64,000 nt of DNA from Hyphomicrobiales bacterium (lineage in GTDB: Bacteria > Pseudomonadota > Alphaproteobacteria > Rhizobiales > OSC116). The translations under genes and the position numbers were made by a program. The notes beneath the pieces were generated by a model. That model made no database searches, was not told the DNA's origin, and worked only from the letters and a program-made list of their open reading frames with translations. The stretch's first letter is position 1. Every line of letters starts with the position of its first letter. Positions 19,900 through 29,707 of the stretch are shown one piece after another. The stretch spans positions 10,231 to 74,230 of the forward strand of contig NVUH01000015.1 in the NCBI GenBank assembly GCA_002401855.1, read 5' to 3'.

Positions 19900-20416
19900 C
19901 GAATATTAAAGCCTAAGGCCTGCCAGCATCAGAACAAAAAGCAATAAACTCCGCGATTAAGCTTGCATCTATTGGATCAATGTACCAGTTGCCTTAGCAA
20001 AAGCACGAACCTGTACAGATGGGACTTGCTTCACGTCATGTACCACTGTATCCAAAACTCCCCATACAGCCCATTCATAACCACTAGTTGGTTCCAGAGC
20101 GACAATTTGATTTGTTGATGAACCAATTTTCTTTAATAAAGTTTGATGTTCAGATGGCGTATTGGGGATATAGAATGCCACAAAATCTATGCTGCAAAAT
20201 ACAAATATCTCATACTTACCTGTATCAAGTCGACATAATTTAAATCTCTTTCTTATGCTCCAGGGGCTTTGCCCTAATCAACTGTTCGAGTTTGAAGCAA
20301 GAGAAGGGTCGCCTGCCTAGATTACTCGGTGATACCACAAGGGGCGAACACCTTCCCAATCTAGCAGGTTGCAACACGCCAGATTGAGTCAAGATTAGCA
20401 TTTATCGAATACAAAG
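19900..20416 (-). mobile_element. IS110-family remnant: frameshifted RuvC-like (DEDD) N-terminus plus upstream non-coding end
   Basis: Across frameshifts: YV(G)LDTGK, VALEPTSGYE, QVRAFAKATG, DPIDASLIAEF; C-terminal half missing. Confidence 0.75.
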
Positions 20417-20505
20417 CGGCTATTCATATATTATCATGTGAATTTTTACATTTTAAATTCTCAGCAACACAAGATAAAATCATATACTCAAAAAAGAATA
20501 ATACG

Positions 20506-20539
20506 ACTTGACATATTTAATAATAATTATTAATTGTAT
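20506..20539 (+). promoter_or_regulatory. Putative promoter (TTGACA) with AT-rich operator-like site
   Basis: acttgacata followed by taataataattattaattgtat; near-identical elements at 37597-37650 on the minus strand. Confidence 0.5.
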
Positions 20540-20583
20540 TCCACCCCGCATAAGTTTATTTCAAATTTACTGGCGGAATCCGT

Positions 20584-21435
20584 ATGGATTACAATGACAA
20601 TCTTTTCTCTGAGAAAACGCGTTTAGTCGCCAACGAAATAGATGTTAAATATGGCGATAATAAAATTATCGACTGTCTAAATATTGAAATTCCAACGGCC
20701 AAAATAACAATATTAATTGGCGCCAACGGCTGCGGCAAATCTACCCTTCTTAAATCTATGGCGCGGGTGCTCACACCAAGTTCAGGCTCTGTCTGGTTAG
20801 ATGGTAAAGATATACATAAATCCAATACCAAACAGGTTGCAAAGAAACTTGGTTTACTGCCGCAAGGCCCTGTCGCGCCAGAAGGCCTAACTGTTAAAGA
20901 ACTCGTTAGCCAAGGCCGCTTTCCTCATCAAAGTTTACTGCGCCAGTGGAGCTCAAAAGATGAAACAGCTGTGAACAATGCAATGGCCCTTGCAAAAGTT
21001 GATATTTTTGCAGATTTACAAGTTGATGATCTATCTGGTGGCCAGCGCCAACGCTGTTGGGTCGCTATGGCAATGGCACAAGAAACAGATATCATTTTAT
21101 TGGATGAGCCAACAACCTTTTTGGATTTGAAGATACAAGTCGAGTTAATGGATCTCTTATCAACTTTAGCGCATGAAAACGGGCGGACATTGGTGGTGGT
21201 TTTACACGAGTTAAATCTTGCCGCAGCATATGCAGATAATTTAATCATGATAAAAGATGGTAAAATTGTTTTTAAAGGCGAACCAAACAAAATATTTACA
21301 AGCGATAATCTGAAATTTGTATTTGATTTAAATGCAGATATTCTTATAGACCCATCAACAAATCGGCATATTTGCATTCCAAAATACAAAAATGCAACAA
21401 GTTTCTCGCAAAGCACAGAAGGTGCTTCAACATGA
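20584..21435 (+). CDS. Fe-siderophore ABC transporter ATPase (FhuC/FecE-like)
   Basis: GANGCGKST, LSGGQRQR, LLDEPTT, VLHELN. Confidence 0.93.
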   Translation: MDYNDNLFSEKTRLVANEIDVKYGDNKIIDCLNIEIPTAKITILIGANGCGKSTLLKSMARVLTPSSGSVWLDGKDIHKSNTKQVAKKLGLLPQGPVAPEGLTVKELVSQGRFPHQSLLRQWSSKDETAVNNAMALAKVDIFADLQVDDLSGGQRQRCWVAMAMAQETDIILLDEPTTFLDLKIQVELMDLLSTLAHENGRTLVVVLHELNLAAAYADNLIMIKDGKIVFKGEPNKIFTSDNLKFVFDLNADILIDPSTNRHICIPKYKNATSFSQSTEGAST

Positions 21436-22463
21436 GTAAAGTTACCTTAGTTTCGCCTAAAGAAAAAAATAATTTTCGCAGTACTTTAAGCCTTGGCATT
21501 TTATTTGCTTTTGGGCTTTGCATAATTATGTTTGTTCTACATATTTCCATCGGAGCAAAACCATTAAGTTATTTAACAGTCATTAATTCTATTATTCATT
21601 TTGATATCCGTAATTTTGATCACGTCATTATACTAAAAGTAAGGCTACCAAGAGCAATCATTGCATTAACTGTAGGCGCAAGTTTAAGTGTTGCAGGTGC
21701 CATCATGCAAGGCGTCACTCGTAACCCACTTGCCTCTCCAAGCATTCTGGGTTTGCTAACAGGTGCATCATTTGCAATCGTAATTTCCTATGGCATGTTT
21801 GGGGTTTTCACCCCCTATTACACACCATGGATTGCAGCTTTAGGCGCGCTTCTCACTGCAATATTGGTACTCACTGTCGCTTCATTGGCTCCAGGTGGGG
21901 CAAGCCCGCTAAATCTAACACTGTCGGGGGCCGCCATTAGCGCTTTTTTAGGTGCAATCATTACAATTTTCAATCTATTGGATAGTGATAATTTCGATGA
22001 TTTGCGAGAATGGCTCACAGGTTCACTTGCTGGCAATAGTCTAGAAGTATTTTATATTATAGTTCCTTGGATCATCATCGCTATGGTAGCCGCCATTATT
22101 TTGTCTCGAAAAATTACAATTTTAGGCATGGGTGATGACGTTGCCAAAGGGTTGGGCGTAAAAACAACAGGCCTAAAAATACAATTATTAATCATTGTTG
22201 TCATGCTTACCGCAAGCTCAGTAGCCCTCGCAGGTCCCATGGGTTTTATCGGCTTAGTCATACCTCATATTGCACGCATCGTCGTTGGTTCTGACTACCG
22301 CTGGATAATCCCATATTCAGCCCTATTCGGCGCAGCATACCTTGTTGGGGTCGATATTTTAGCTCGGGTTATCATCGCCCCTCAAGAAATTTCAACCGGC
22401 ATAATCACCGCTTTATTTGGCGGTCCTCTATTTATTTATTTAATTAAAACGAGGGCTAGATGA
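21432..22463 (+). CDS. FecCD-family permease
   Basis: RLPR, QGVTRNPLASP, FIGLVIPH; ATGA overlap with the ATPase stop. Confidence 0.92.
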   Translation: MSKVTLVSPKEKNNFRSTLSLGILFAFGLCIIMFVLHISIGAKPLSYLTVINSIIHFDIRNFDHVIILKVRLPRAIIALTVGASLSVAGAIMQGVTRNPLASPSILGLLTGASFAIVISYGMFGVFTPYYTPWIAALGALLTAILVLTVASLAPGGASPLNLTLSGAAISAFLGAIITIFNLLDSDNFDDLREWLTGSLAGNSLEVFYIIVPWIIIAMVAAIILSRKITILGMGDDVAKGLGVKTTGLKIQLLIIVVMLTASSVALAGPMGFIGLVIPHIARIVVGSDYRWIIPYSALFGAAYLVGVDILARVIIAPQEISTGIITALFGGPLFIYLIKTRAR

Positions 22464-23518
22464 TGTCAAACACGCATTTCACTCTACGATTATTGAATGA
22501 AAGCATAGCCCTTAAGCTACCCAAATTCGCCCTAATAATTATCCTAATCATATGTATCATGATTGTTTTTATGATCGTTTGGAGTTTAAATATTGGCAGT
22601 TTCAACCTGTCTTTCCAAAGTGTTTACGACACTTTGAAAGGCACAGAAACAGATAAAGCTGCAAATAATGTCGTGTGGCTATTTAGGTTCCCCCGTACAT
22701 TAGCCGCCATATTGGTTGGAATAATGATGGCACTATCTGGCGCTGCTCTGCAAAACGTCACTCGTAACGGCTTGGCAGACCCTTCATTAATTGGCATTAG
22801 CCAAGGTGCGGCACTCGCAGTTGTCGCAAGCATAATTGTATTTCCTGAAATAGATATCAATTTAAGGCCATGGCTGGCTTTGGCAGGCTCTCTTATTGTT
22901 GCTGCTACAATCCAATGGTTGAGTTTTGATGATAAAGCCAGCAACTCGCTGAAACTTATTTTATTCGGCATAGGCGTATCGGCGTTTTTAAGTTCAATCA
23001 CCACCGCTATGCTAACTTATGGTGATATTTACAACGCATCATCTGCATTGGCTTGGTTGGCTGGCAGCATAAACGCAACCAACTGGTTCGACGTTAAGCT
23101 ACTCTCAATTGCCGTGCTTATATTGGTGCCACTCTTACTTATTTTAAGTCGGTTGATGGCAACCTTGCGCTTAGGCGAGATATCTGCCATCTCACTTGGT
23201 GTTCCCATAAAATTTGTTAAATATGCACTCATAAGCTTAGCTGTTGCCTTAGCTGCAATCGCCACGTCTGTTGTCGGGCCTCTTGGCTTTGTGGGCTTAG
23301 TTGCGCCTCACCTTGCCAGACTTTTAACACGTAGCAATGTTGCAATTCATTTAATTTTAACCGCATTAATAGGCGGCCTGTTGGTCTTAGTTGCAGACTT
23401 TGCAGGCAGAGCTTTGTTTGCTCCACTACAAATACCAGCAGGTATTGTCACTGAAATTATTGGCGTGCCTTTTCTTATATTTTTGCTTTTAAGCCAAAGG
23501 CGTAAATTAAATAAATGA
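22460..23518 (+). CDS. FecCD-family permease
   Basis: RFPR, RNGLADP, FVGLVAPH. Confidence 0.92.
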   Translation: MMSNTHFTLRLLNESIALKLPKFALIIILIICIMIVFMIVWSLNIGSFNLSFQSVYDTLKGTETDKAANNVVWLFRFPRTLAAILVGIMMALSGAALQNVTRNGLADPSLIGISQGAALAVVASIIVFPEIDINLRPWLALAGSLIVAATIQWLSFDDKASNSLKLILFGIGVSAFLSSITTAMLTYGDIYNASSALAWLAGSINATNWFDVKLLSIAVLILVPLLLILSRLMATLRLGEISAISLGVPIKFVKYALISLAVALAAIATSVVGPLGFVGLVAPHLARLLTRSNVAIHLILTALIGGLLVLVADFAGRALFAPLQIPAGIVTEIIGVPFLIFLLLSQRRKLNK

Positions 23519-23554
23519 CAAAATACTTTACAACTCAAACAAAATGGAAATGAG

Positions 23555-24526
23555 ATGAAAACTTCATTAATAAAAACAGCAATTGCGGTCGCGCTCACAA
23601 TTATAGTTTCTTCAGCACACGCTGTCGAAACACGTATATATTCAGATGATTTAGACAGAAAAGTCGAAATCCCCGTTCAAGCACAACGGATTGTTGCACT
23701 ACACGATGTTTTGCTAACCGTTCCTTTGATAGAGCTAGGTGTAATGCCAGTGGGTTCTATCGGGCGTTTGTCAAAAGATGGCAAACCATTCATAAGAAGT
23801 GGCATGGTGTTAACTGGCTATGATTTTGAAAATAGCGGTATTGACTTCATTGGTACTTTTGATTTGGATATTGAAAAAGTAGCTGCTCTTAAACCAGACT
23901 TAATCATTGCAACACCTAGATACGAAAAAACTTTAGCACAATTTGAAGCGCTCGCCCCTACAGTTGTTGTCAACTATAACACCCGCACGCCATTAGAAAT
24001 ATTTGAAGCGGTTGCCGACATCACAAACACTCAAGATAAATTGGCTGTATTAGAAAGACGCTACCAAAGCCAATTAGATGGCATTAGACGCATTATTGAT
24101 ACAAAAAGCATAGTCGTCAATGCGATGATGCCTAAAAAGGGTAACATAAACATTCGCTATTCAGACTTCACACTAGGTAAAGTATTACGTGATGCGGGCT
24201 TTAGGTTTCCAAAAGCTGTAGATGATCTAAAACCAGGTGGACGTGCAGACTTTAGCGTTGAAAGACTGGCTGAATTAGATGCTGATTATGTATTTGCAAC
24301 CTATAGAACAGATAAAAAACACACTCCACAAATGATAGTTGAAGAGTTTGAAGCCGTTCTTCCTAATTTCTGCGATCACCTAACAGCCTGCAAAAACAAC
24401 AATCTAATCGTCATTCCTCGTGAATTGAGCTTAAGCGTTTCATACACAGCATTGGGCATCACAGCCTACACCGTGTTGACTCATATAAGTGGCAACCCAT
24501 TTGCAGCTAAGCTTGAGAAGAAATAA
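23555..24526 (+). CDS. Fe-siderophore substrate-binding protein, paralog 1
   Basis: Signal peptide, DDLDRKVEIP, EKVAALKPDLII. Confidence 0.88.
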   Translation: MKTSLIKTAIAVALTIIVSSAHAVETRIYSDDLDRKVEIPVQAQRIVALHDVLLTVPLIELGVMPVGSIGRLSKDGKPFIRSGMVLTGYDFENSGIDFIGTFDLDIEKVAALKPDLIIATPRYEKTLAQFEALAPTVVVNYNTRTPLEIFEAVADITNTQDKLAVLERRYQSQLDGIRRIIDTKSIVVNAMMPKKGNINIRYSDFTLGKVLRDAGFRFPKAVDDLKPGGRADFSVERLAELDADYVFATYRTDKKHTPQMIVEEFEAVLPNFCDHLTACKNNNLIVIPRELSLSVSYTALGITAYTVLTHISGNPFAAKLEKK

Positions 24527-24533
24527 AACTTAA

Positions 24534-25439
24534 ATGTCCAATCTCCCCACACCATTTAGAAGTTTTACAGATGATTTAGGTCGCGTTGTGCAAATTCCAA
24601 CCACACCAAGACGCATCGCGTCACTGCACGATACTGTACTTACATTATCTCTCATCGAGTTAGGCGTATTTCCCGTTGGCAGTCACGGCAGGATATCAAA
24701 GGAAGGGGTACCGTTCATCAGAGCAAGTAAGGTATTAAACGGTTATGATTTTGACAATTGCGACATAAAATTTTTAGGCCGTAGCCCAATCGACATTGAT
24801 AAACTTATCTCTGTAAAGCCTGACCTTATTATTTCAACACTTTGGCAAAAACTACCCATTGAGCAGCTAGAAGCCATTGCTCCCACATTAATTTTAGATT
24901 TTGAAAAACACACGAGAGGAAAATTAGCAGAGATTATAGCTGATGCAACAAATACACAAAGCAGCCTAACCATTTTGAAACGTAGGTTTGAAGCACAAAT
25001 AGAACGTATTAAAGAAATTATAGATACGCAACAAATTAGTGTGAACATCATTCAACCACATAACGGAAAAATATTAGTTTTTAATTCATATTTTTCCATG
25101 GGTGAGGTTTTGCGTGATGCTGGTTTTAAATTTCCTGATGCAGTGAATGATATTCCATTGGGTGATTGCAAACTATTTGAGCCAGATGAACTTGATCAAA
25201 TAGAAGCTGATTTTGTATTTGCAACTTATAGAACTGATAAAAAACACACACCGCAATATTTGATGGATGAGTTTATTGCGATCAAAAGTGATTTTGTCGA
25301 AAGTTTTGCACCCTGTCGACAAGGCCGGCTATTATTCATCCCTAGAGAAGAAGCCAGCGGCAACTCATTTGCTGCTTTGGGAATTTGCGCCGCAACAATC
25401 TTAAACCACGTAGCGGGGCACCCTTACCCGATTATATGA
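24534..25439 (+). CDS. Fe-siderophore substrate-binding protein, paralog 2 (no signal peptide)
   Basis: DDLGRVVQIP, KPDLII; N-terminus MSNLPTPFRSFT has no hydrophobic core. Confidence 0.82.
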   Translation: MSNLPTPFRSFTDDLGRVVQIPTTPRRIASLHDTVLTLSLIELGVFPVGSHGRISKEGVPFIRASKVLNGYDFDNCDIKFLGRSPIDIDKLISVKPDLIISTLWQKLPIEQLEAIAPTLILDFEKHTRGKLAEIIADATNTQSSLTILKRRFEAQIERIKEIIDTQQISVNIIQPHNGKILVFNSYFSMGEVLRDAGFKFPDAVNDIPLGDCKLFEPDELDQIEADFVFATYRTDKKHTPQYLMDEFIAIKSDFVESFAPCRQGRLLFIPREEASGNSFAALGICAATILNHVAGHPYPII

Positions 25440-25497
25440 AATTCCGAAAATCCCCCACATAACCAAAGGCCCCACATAACCAAGAAAGAGAAGAGAA

Positions 25498-26460
25498 ATG
25501 AACATCTCAATACTAAAAGCTACCTTTGCCGCATGCGCAATCGTAGCAACTATGTTTGCACCCGCACAGGCTGCAGATACAATATCATTTACCGATGACC
25601 TAGGCAGAAAGGTAGAAATACCAACAAAGCCAACTGCCATTGTTTCAATGCACGATTCTGTGTTGACCATTCCTTTAATAGAACTGGGTGTAATACCTGC
25701 TGGCAGCCATGGCCGCGAAACAAAACAAGGCGTGCCCTTCATTAGAAGTGGCAAAGGCTTAACTGGTTATGACTTTGACAATAGCAGCATTAAATTTGTT
25801 GGTAATTACCCTGCTGATGTTGAAAAAGTCGCAGCTGTAAAACCCGATTTAATCATCACAACACCTTGGCAAAAAGCGCCTATTGACCAATTACAGGCCA
25901 TAGCACCTACCATTGTGATTGATTATAATAAACATTCTGATCAAGAAATTTTTGAATTGCTTGCAAAAATTACTGGCACAACAGAACGATTTAATGTTTT
26001 GCTTGGTAGATATGAGCAACAGATAAAACGCATCAAACGCATTATTGACACTGAAAACATTACGGTGAATGTAATACAACCCAATAAAGGTCAAATCTTA
26101 GTTTGGAACACATATGGTAATATTGGCAAAGTATTACGCGACGCGGGCTTTACGTTTCCACAAATCACAAATGACATCCCAATGGATGATATTGGCCGAT
26201 TCAGTGCCGAAAAACTACAGGACTTAGATGCTGATTATGTTTTTGCAACCTATAGAACCGATCAACTACAATCACCAAAAGACACCGTAGAAGGCTTTGA
26301 GCAGGTTGTACCTGGCTTCTGCGAGTATCTAACTGCTTGTAAAGAAGGCCGTATGCTCGTCATCCCACGTGAAGAAGCTTCTAGCAACTCATTCTTAGCA
26401 TTGAGTATTTCTGCATACACTGTGCTCACTCACATTAGTGGTCACCCATACAATAAATAA
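25498..26460 (+). CDS. Fe-siderophore substrate-binding protein, paralog 3
   Basis: Signal peptide, DDLGRKVEIP, EKVAAVKPDLII. Confidence 0.88.
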   Translation: MNISILKATFAACAIVATMFAPAQAADTISFTDDLGRKVEIPTKPTAIVSMHDSVLTIPLIELGVIPAGSHGRETKQGVPFIRSGKGLTGYDFDNSSIKFVGNYPADVEKVAAVKPDLIITTPWQKAPIDQLQAIAPTIVIDYNKHSDQEIFELLAKITGTTERFNVLLGRYEQQIKRIKRIIDTENITVNVIQPNKGQILVWNTYGNIGKVLRDAGFTFPQITNDIPMDDIGRFSAEKLQDLDADYVFATYRTDQLQSPKDTVEGFEQVVPGFCEYLTACKEGRMLVIPREEASSNSFLALSISAYTVLTHISGHPYNK

Positions 26461-26516
26461 TATTAAAACCCCCACATTATTTACCCTCACAAAACCTAAA
26501 TAAAAAGAGAAAAGTA

Positions 26517-27482
26517 ATGAATAAAATAATATTAAAAACAATTGCTGCAATTGGTTTTGCAGCAATAACATCATTTAGCTTTGCGCAAGCAAGCGACATG
26601 CGTCAAATTAAGGACGACGTAGGCAGAGATCTTCAAGTTCCAGTTTCACCGACTGCCATAGTTGCGTTACATGATTCAATGTTAACCCTTCCACTAATAG
26701 AGTTAGGTGTTTTGCCTGTGGGCTCTGATGGCCGAACAGACAAAGCAACAGGAAGAAACTTCATACGCGCTGGGAAAAGCTTAACAGGTATTGATTTTGA
26801 CAATAGCAGCATTAAATATGTATCGTCAGATTTAGAAAAAATCGCTGCGGTAAAGCCAGATCTCATTATCATTTCTACAGGCGATCAAGACATTCTGGAC
26901 AAACTTCAAGCAATTGCTCCTACATTTGTAATTGACTATGACAAACGCACTCGTATTCAAATATTTGAAATATTAGCAGAATTATCTAACACTGTAGCAA
27001 AGCTAGACACACTAAAAACTCGTTACAATCAGCAAATCCAAGACATTAAAAATGTTATTGACACCCAAAACATCACTGTCAATGTTATGCAGCCATCAAA
27101 AGGTAAAATACTCGTTTGGAACTCATATTTTAGCCTAGGTAAAGTGTTGCGTGATGCAGGCTTTAAGTTTCCTAAAATTGTAAATGAAATCAAACCTGGT
27201 GAACGCGCTCAATTTAGCGCCGAAAAACTGCAAGAACTTGACGCCGATTACATTTTTGTAACTTATCGTACCGATCGCAACCACACACCACAGAATACTG
27301 TTGCCGATTTTGAAGATGTTATTCCAAATTTCTGTAACTACCTCAAGGCTTGTCGTGAAAACCAAATGCTAGTTATGCCGCGTGAAGCCGCATCTAGCAA
27401 CTCGTTTACCGCGCTTGGTCTATCAGCATTTACGGTGCTCACACATATCAGTGGTAACCCATACAAAAAGCTTGGTAAATAA
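26517..27482 (+). CDS. Fe-siderophore substrate-binding protein, paralog 4
   Basis: Signal peptide, DDVGRDLQVP, EKIAAVKPDLII. Confidence 0.88.
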   Translation: MNKIILKTIAAIGFAAITSFSFAQASDMRQIKDDVGRDLQVPVSPTAIVALHDSMLTLPLIELGVLPVGSDGRTDKATGRNFIRAGKSLTGIDFDNSSIKYVSSDLEKIAAVKPDLIIISTGDQDILDKLQAIAPTFVIDYDKRTRIQIFEILAELSNTVAKLDTLKTRYNQQIQDIKNVIDTQNITVNVMQPSKGKILVWNSYFSLGKVLRDAGFKFPKIVNEIKPGERAQFSAEKLQELDADYIFVTYRTDRNHTPQNTVADFEDVIPNFCNYLKACRENQMLVMPREAASSNSFTALGLSAFTVLTHISGNPYKKLGK

Positions 27483-28352
27483 TTGAATAAATTAACAAAC
27501 ATAATTGCTGGCGTTCGAAAATATATTTTCGAACGCCATTCAATAAAATCTAGTGCTGGGCAACCTGTACGGATGAGGTTTTTTGAAGTTGAGGTCGTTA
27601 ACAAACAAATACTATCGCCTTCATTTATACGAATTACATTTAAAGGCGATGCCGTTAAAAATATGGTGGTACATGCACCAGATCAATGGTTGAAATTATT
27701 CATTCCTAATGAAGATGGCAGTGTAGAAAAAGTCATTGGTCATAACCAATATCTTAAATTTCCAGATAATATCAGACCACCAATGCGAACCTATACAATA
27801 AGAGAATTACGTAGCGAAATCTTGGAATTTGACATTGATTTTGTTGTGCATGGCGACGAAGGCCCTGCATCTAGGTGGGCAATTAGTGCAAAAATTCATG
27901 ATAAAATGCAAATTCGTGCACACAGCAAATCAGCAGACAAAACACCTTCGGGGTGTAAATGGTTGCCACCTTCCGATGCAGAAAACCTATATATTTTTGC
28001 AGATGAAACAGCAATGCCTGCGACACTTGCTATTATAGAGTCTTTAGCTAAGCTCAAACCACCTCCCAAACTAACTGTTTTTATCGAAGTGCCCACCGAA
28101 GAGGATATATTGACGACAGAAAAATGGGGTCAACTGAAACTAACATGGTTAGTGAGAAACTCTAACGATAAGTATGGTGAGAAATTATATGAATCATCAA
28201 AATCTATTGAACTAAGAAATTCAAAAGAAAACACCTATTTTTGGATCGCGGCCGAAAAAAATGCTGTTCGAAAAATAAAAATGCATTTCTCACAAATAAG
28301 TAATATTAACAAGAAATCTATAATGCATATAGCCTACTGGATAAATTCTTAA
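27483..28352 (+). CDS. Siderophore-interacting protein (ViuB/YqjH-type FAD reductase)
   Basis: RTYTIR, DFVVHGDEGPASRWA, DETAMPA, AAE, YW; start uncertain. Confidence 0.9.
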   Translation: MNKLTNIIAGVRKYIFERHSIKSSAGQPVRMRFFEVEVVNKQILSPSFIRITFKGDAVKNMVVHAPDQWLKLFIPNEDGSVEKVIGHNQYLKFPDNIRPPMRTYTIRELRSEILEFDIDFVVHGDEGPASRWAISAKIHDKMQIRAHSKSADKTPSGCKWLPPSDAENLYIFADETAMPATLAIIESLAKLKPPPKLTVFIEVPTEEDILTTEKWGQLKLTWLVRNSNDKYGEKLYESSKSIELRNSKENTYFWIAAEKNAVRKIKMHFSQISNINKKSIMHIAYWINS

Positions 28353-28556
28353 CATATCACTTTATTTGAACTGGCGATTTACAATAAAGGCATTCTTCAT
28401 TTGGTGCCTTAGGCTTAAATCTAGACTTATTAACCACCCATATTGTTGGACGAGATTTCATCCCTCTGAAATAAGAATATTTATTCGACGAGAGAAATGT
28501 TTAAAAATTTTAGGGGGGAGATTTACGATCTTGCCCCTTTAACCCCTGGTATTGCA

Positions 28557-28680
28557 GGGGCTGTCCTAGATAACAAATAAATAGTGAAGTGATCCTGCAA
28601 ATTCAAACAATGTGGTTAAGGTATATTCAATAAATGAGATTGGATATAAAAATGATGAAACGACGTAATTTTTCAAATTA
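28557..28680 (+). mobile_element. Orphan IS ends (IS1016-like terminal repeat and IS3-like left end)
   Basis: ggggctgtcctagataac, then tgaagtgatcctgcaaattcaaaca and an MKRRNFS start; recognised from memory of IS termini. Confidence 0.35.
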
Positions 28681-28899
28681 TGGAAGTTACCTAATGTTTT
28701 TACCCAAGGCTTTCATTTCTTCATAAATAAATTACGATAATTATTGTATCTGCTAATAAATAAGAAATTTGAACAAGAACACGTTATGACAACTACAAAA
28801 ACAAAACTGTATTATCGGTAAAAAATACTATTGGCGTTACTTCAATTTTTTTGGGGGAGAGCTTGTAAATCGACAGCCTCTATGGAACAGACTGATATA

Positions 28900-29200
28900 G
28901 TTGGACCCTTGATAAAATCTCAAGAGAAATCGGTTTGAATAAAAAAAGCTAAAGGACTTTTTCAAAGCCATATATGCCGTTCCAGTTTATAAATTTCTAC
29001 AAAATGAACGGCTAGTTTATGCACATAAGTTGCTGAAAGATGACAATCTCAGCATAATGGAAATTTCATTGGTTGTGGAATATACTAACCCTGGTCGCTT
29101 TGCACAACTCTTTAAGCAAAAATATGAGTATTTACCATCAAAATTTATAAACTTTTGGTTTAGTTATTACACGAGAATCCTGATGACTAATTTGGACTAA
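28900..29200 (+). pseudogene. AraC-family regulator remnant (HTH only)
   Basis: Hand translation with one frameshift: SREIGLNKK/KLKDFFKAIYAVPVYKFLQNERL...ISLVVEYTNPGRFAQLFKQKYEYLPSKF. Confidence 0.75.
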
Positions 29201-29707
29201 TGTGCATTTATTTTCTACCAAATATTTTTCGATTAAGTTTTGAATAATATTCCAATTATATTGATCCAGGCTTGCTCCAATTTCATCTAACAATAACAGA
29301 TCAGGTTCTACTAACAATGCGCGTAAGATATTCACTCGTTGCTTTTCACCACCAGAGAGACTGAATATGGGGCGCAACATCTGTTCAGCCAATCCAACAG
29401 TTTCCAAATAATTATCTACCATTTGACCAAATTCAATTTTATTAATGTGTGGCAATAGCATCAAATTTTCTTGTGCTGATAAATGTGGAATTAGGCGCGC
29501 TTCTTGAAATGCCAAAGCAATCTTTTTTGCATTTACTTCCACGTCGCCCGAAATGGGCTGATGCAACCCCGCGATAACACGCAAAAGCGAGGTTTTACCA
29601 CAACCGCTTGCCCCCACAAATTGCCAATTTTCTTGCAGTCCGACATTTAAATTAATGGGTTTACTTTCAACAAAAATTTGTAAATCTGTCAGTTTAATTT
29701 CAATCAA
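29138..29707 (-). CDS. ABC ATPase (NitT/TauT type, short)
   Basis: GASGCGKT, FQE.RL, LSGGEKQR, LLLLDE. Confidence 0.85.
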   Translation of the reverse strand: MIEIKLTDLQIFVESKPINLNVGLQENWQFVGASGCGKTSLLRVIAGLHQPISGDVEVNAKKIALAFQEARLIPHLSAQENLMLLPHINKIEFGQMVDNYLETVGLAEQMLRPIFSLSGGEKQRVNILRALLVEPDLLLLDEIGASLDQYNWNIIQNLIEKYLVENKCTLVQISHQDSRVITKPKVYKF

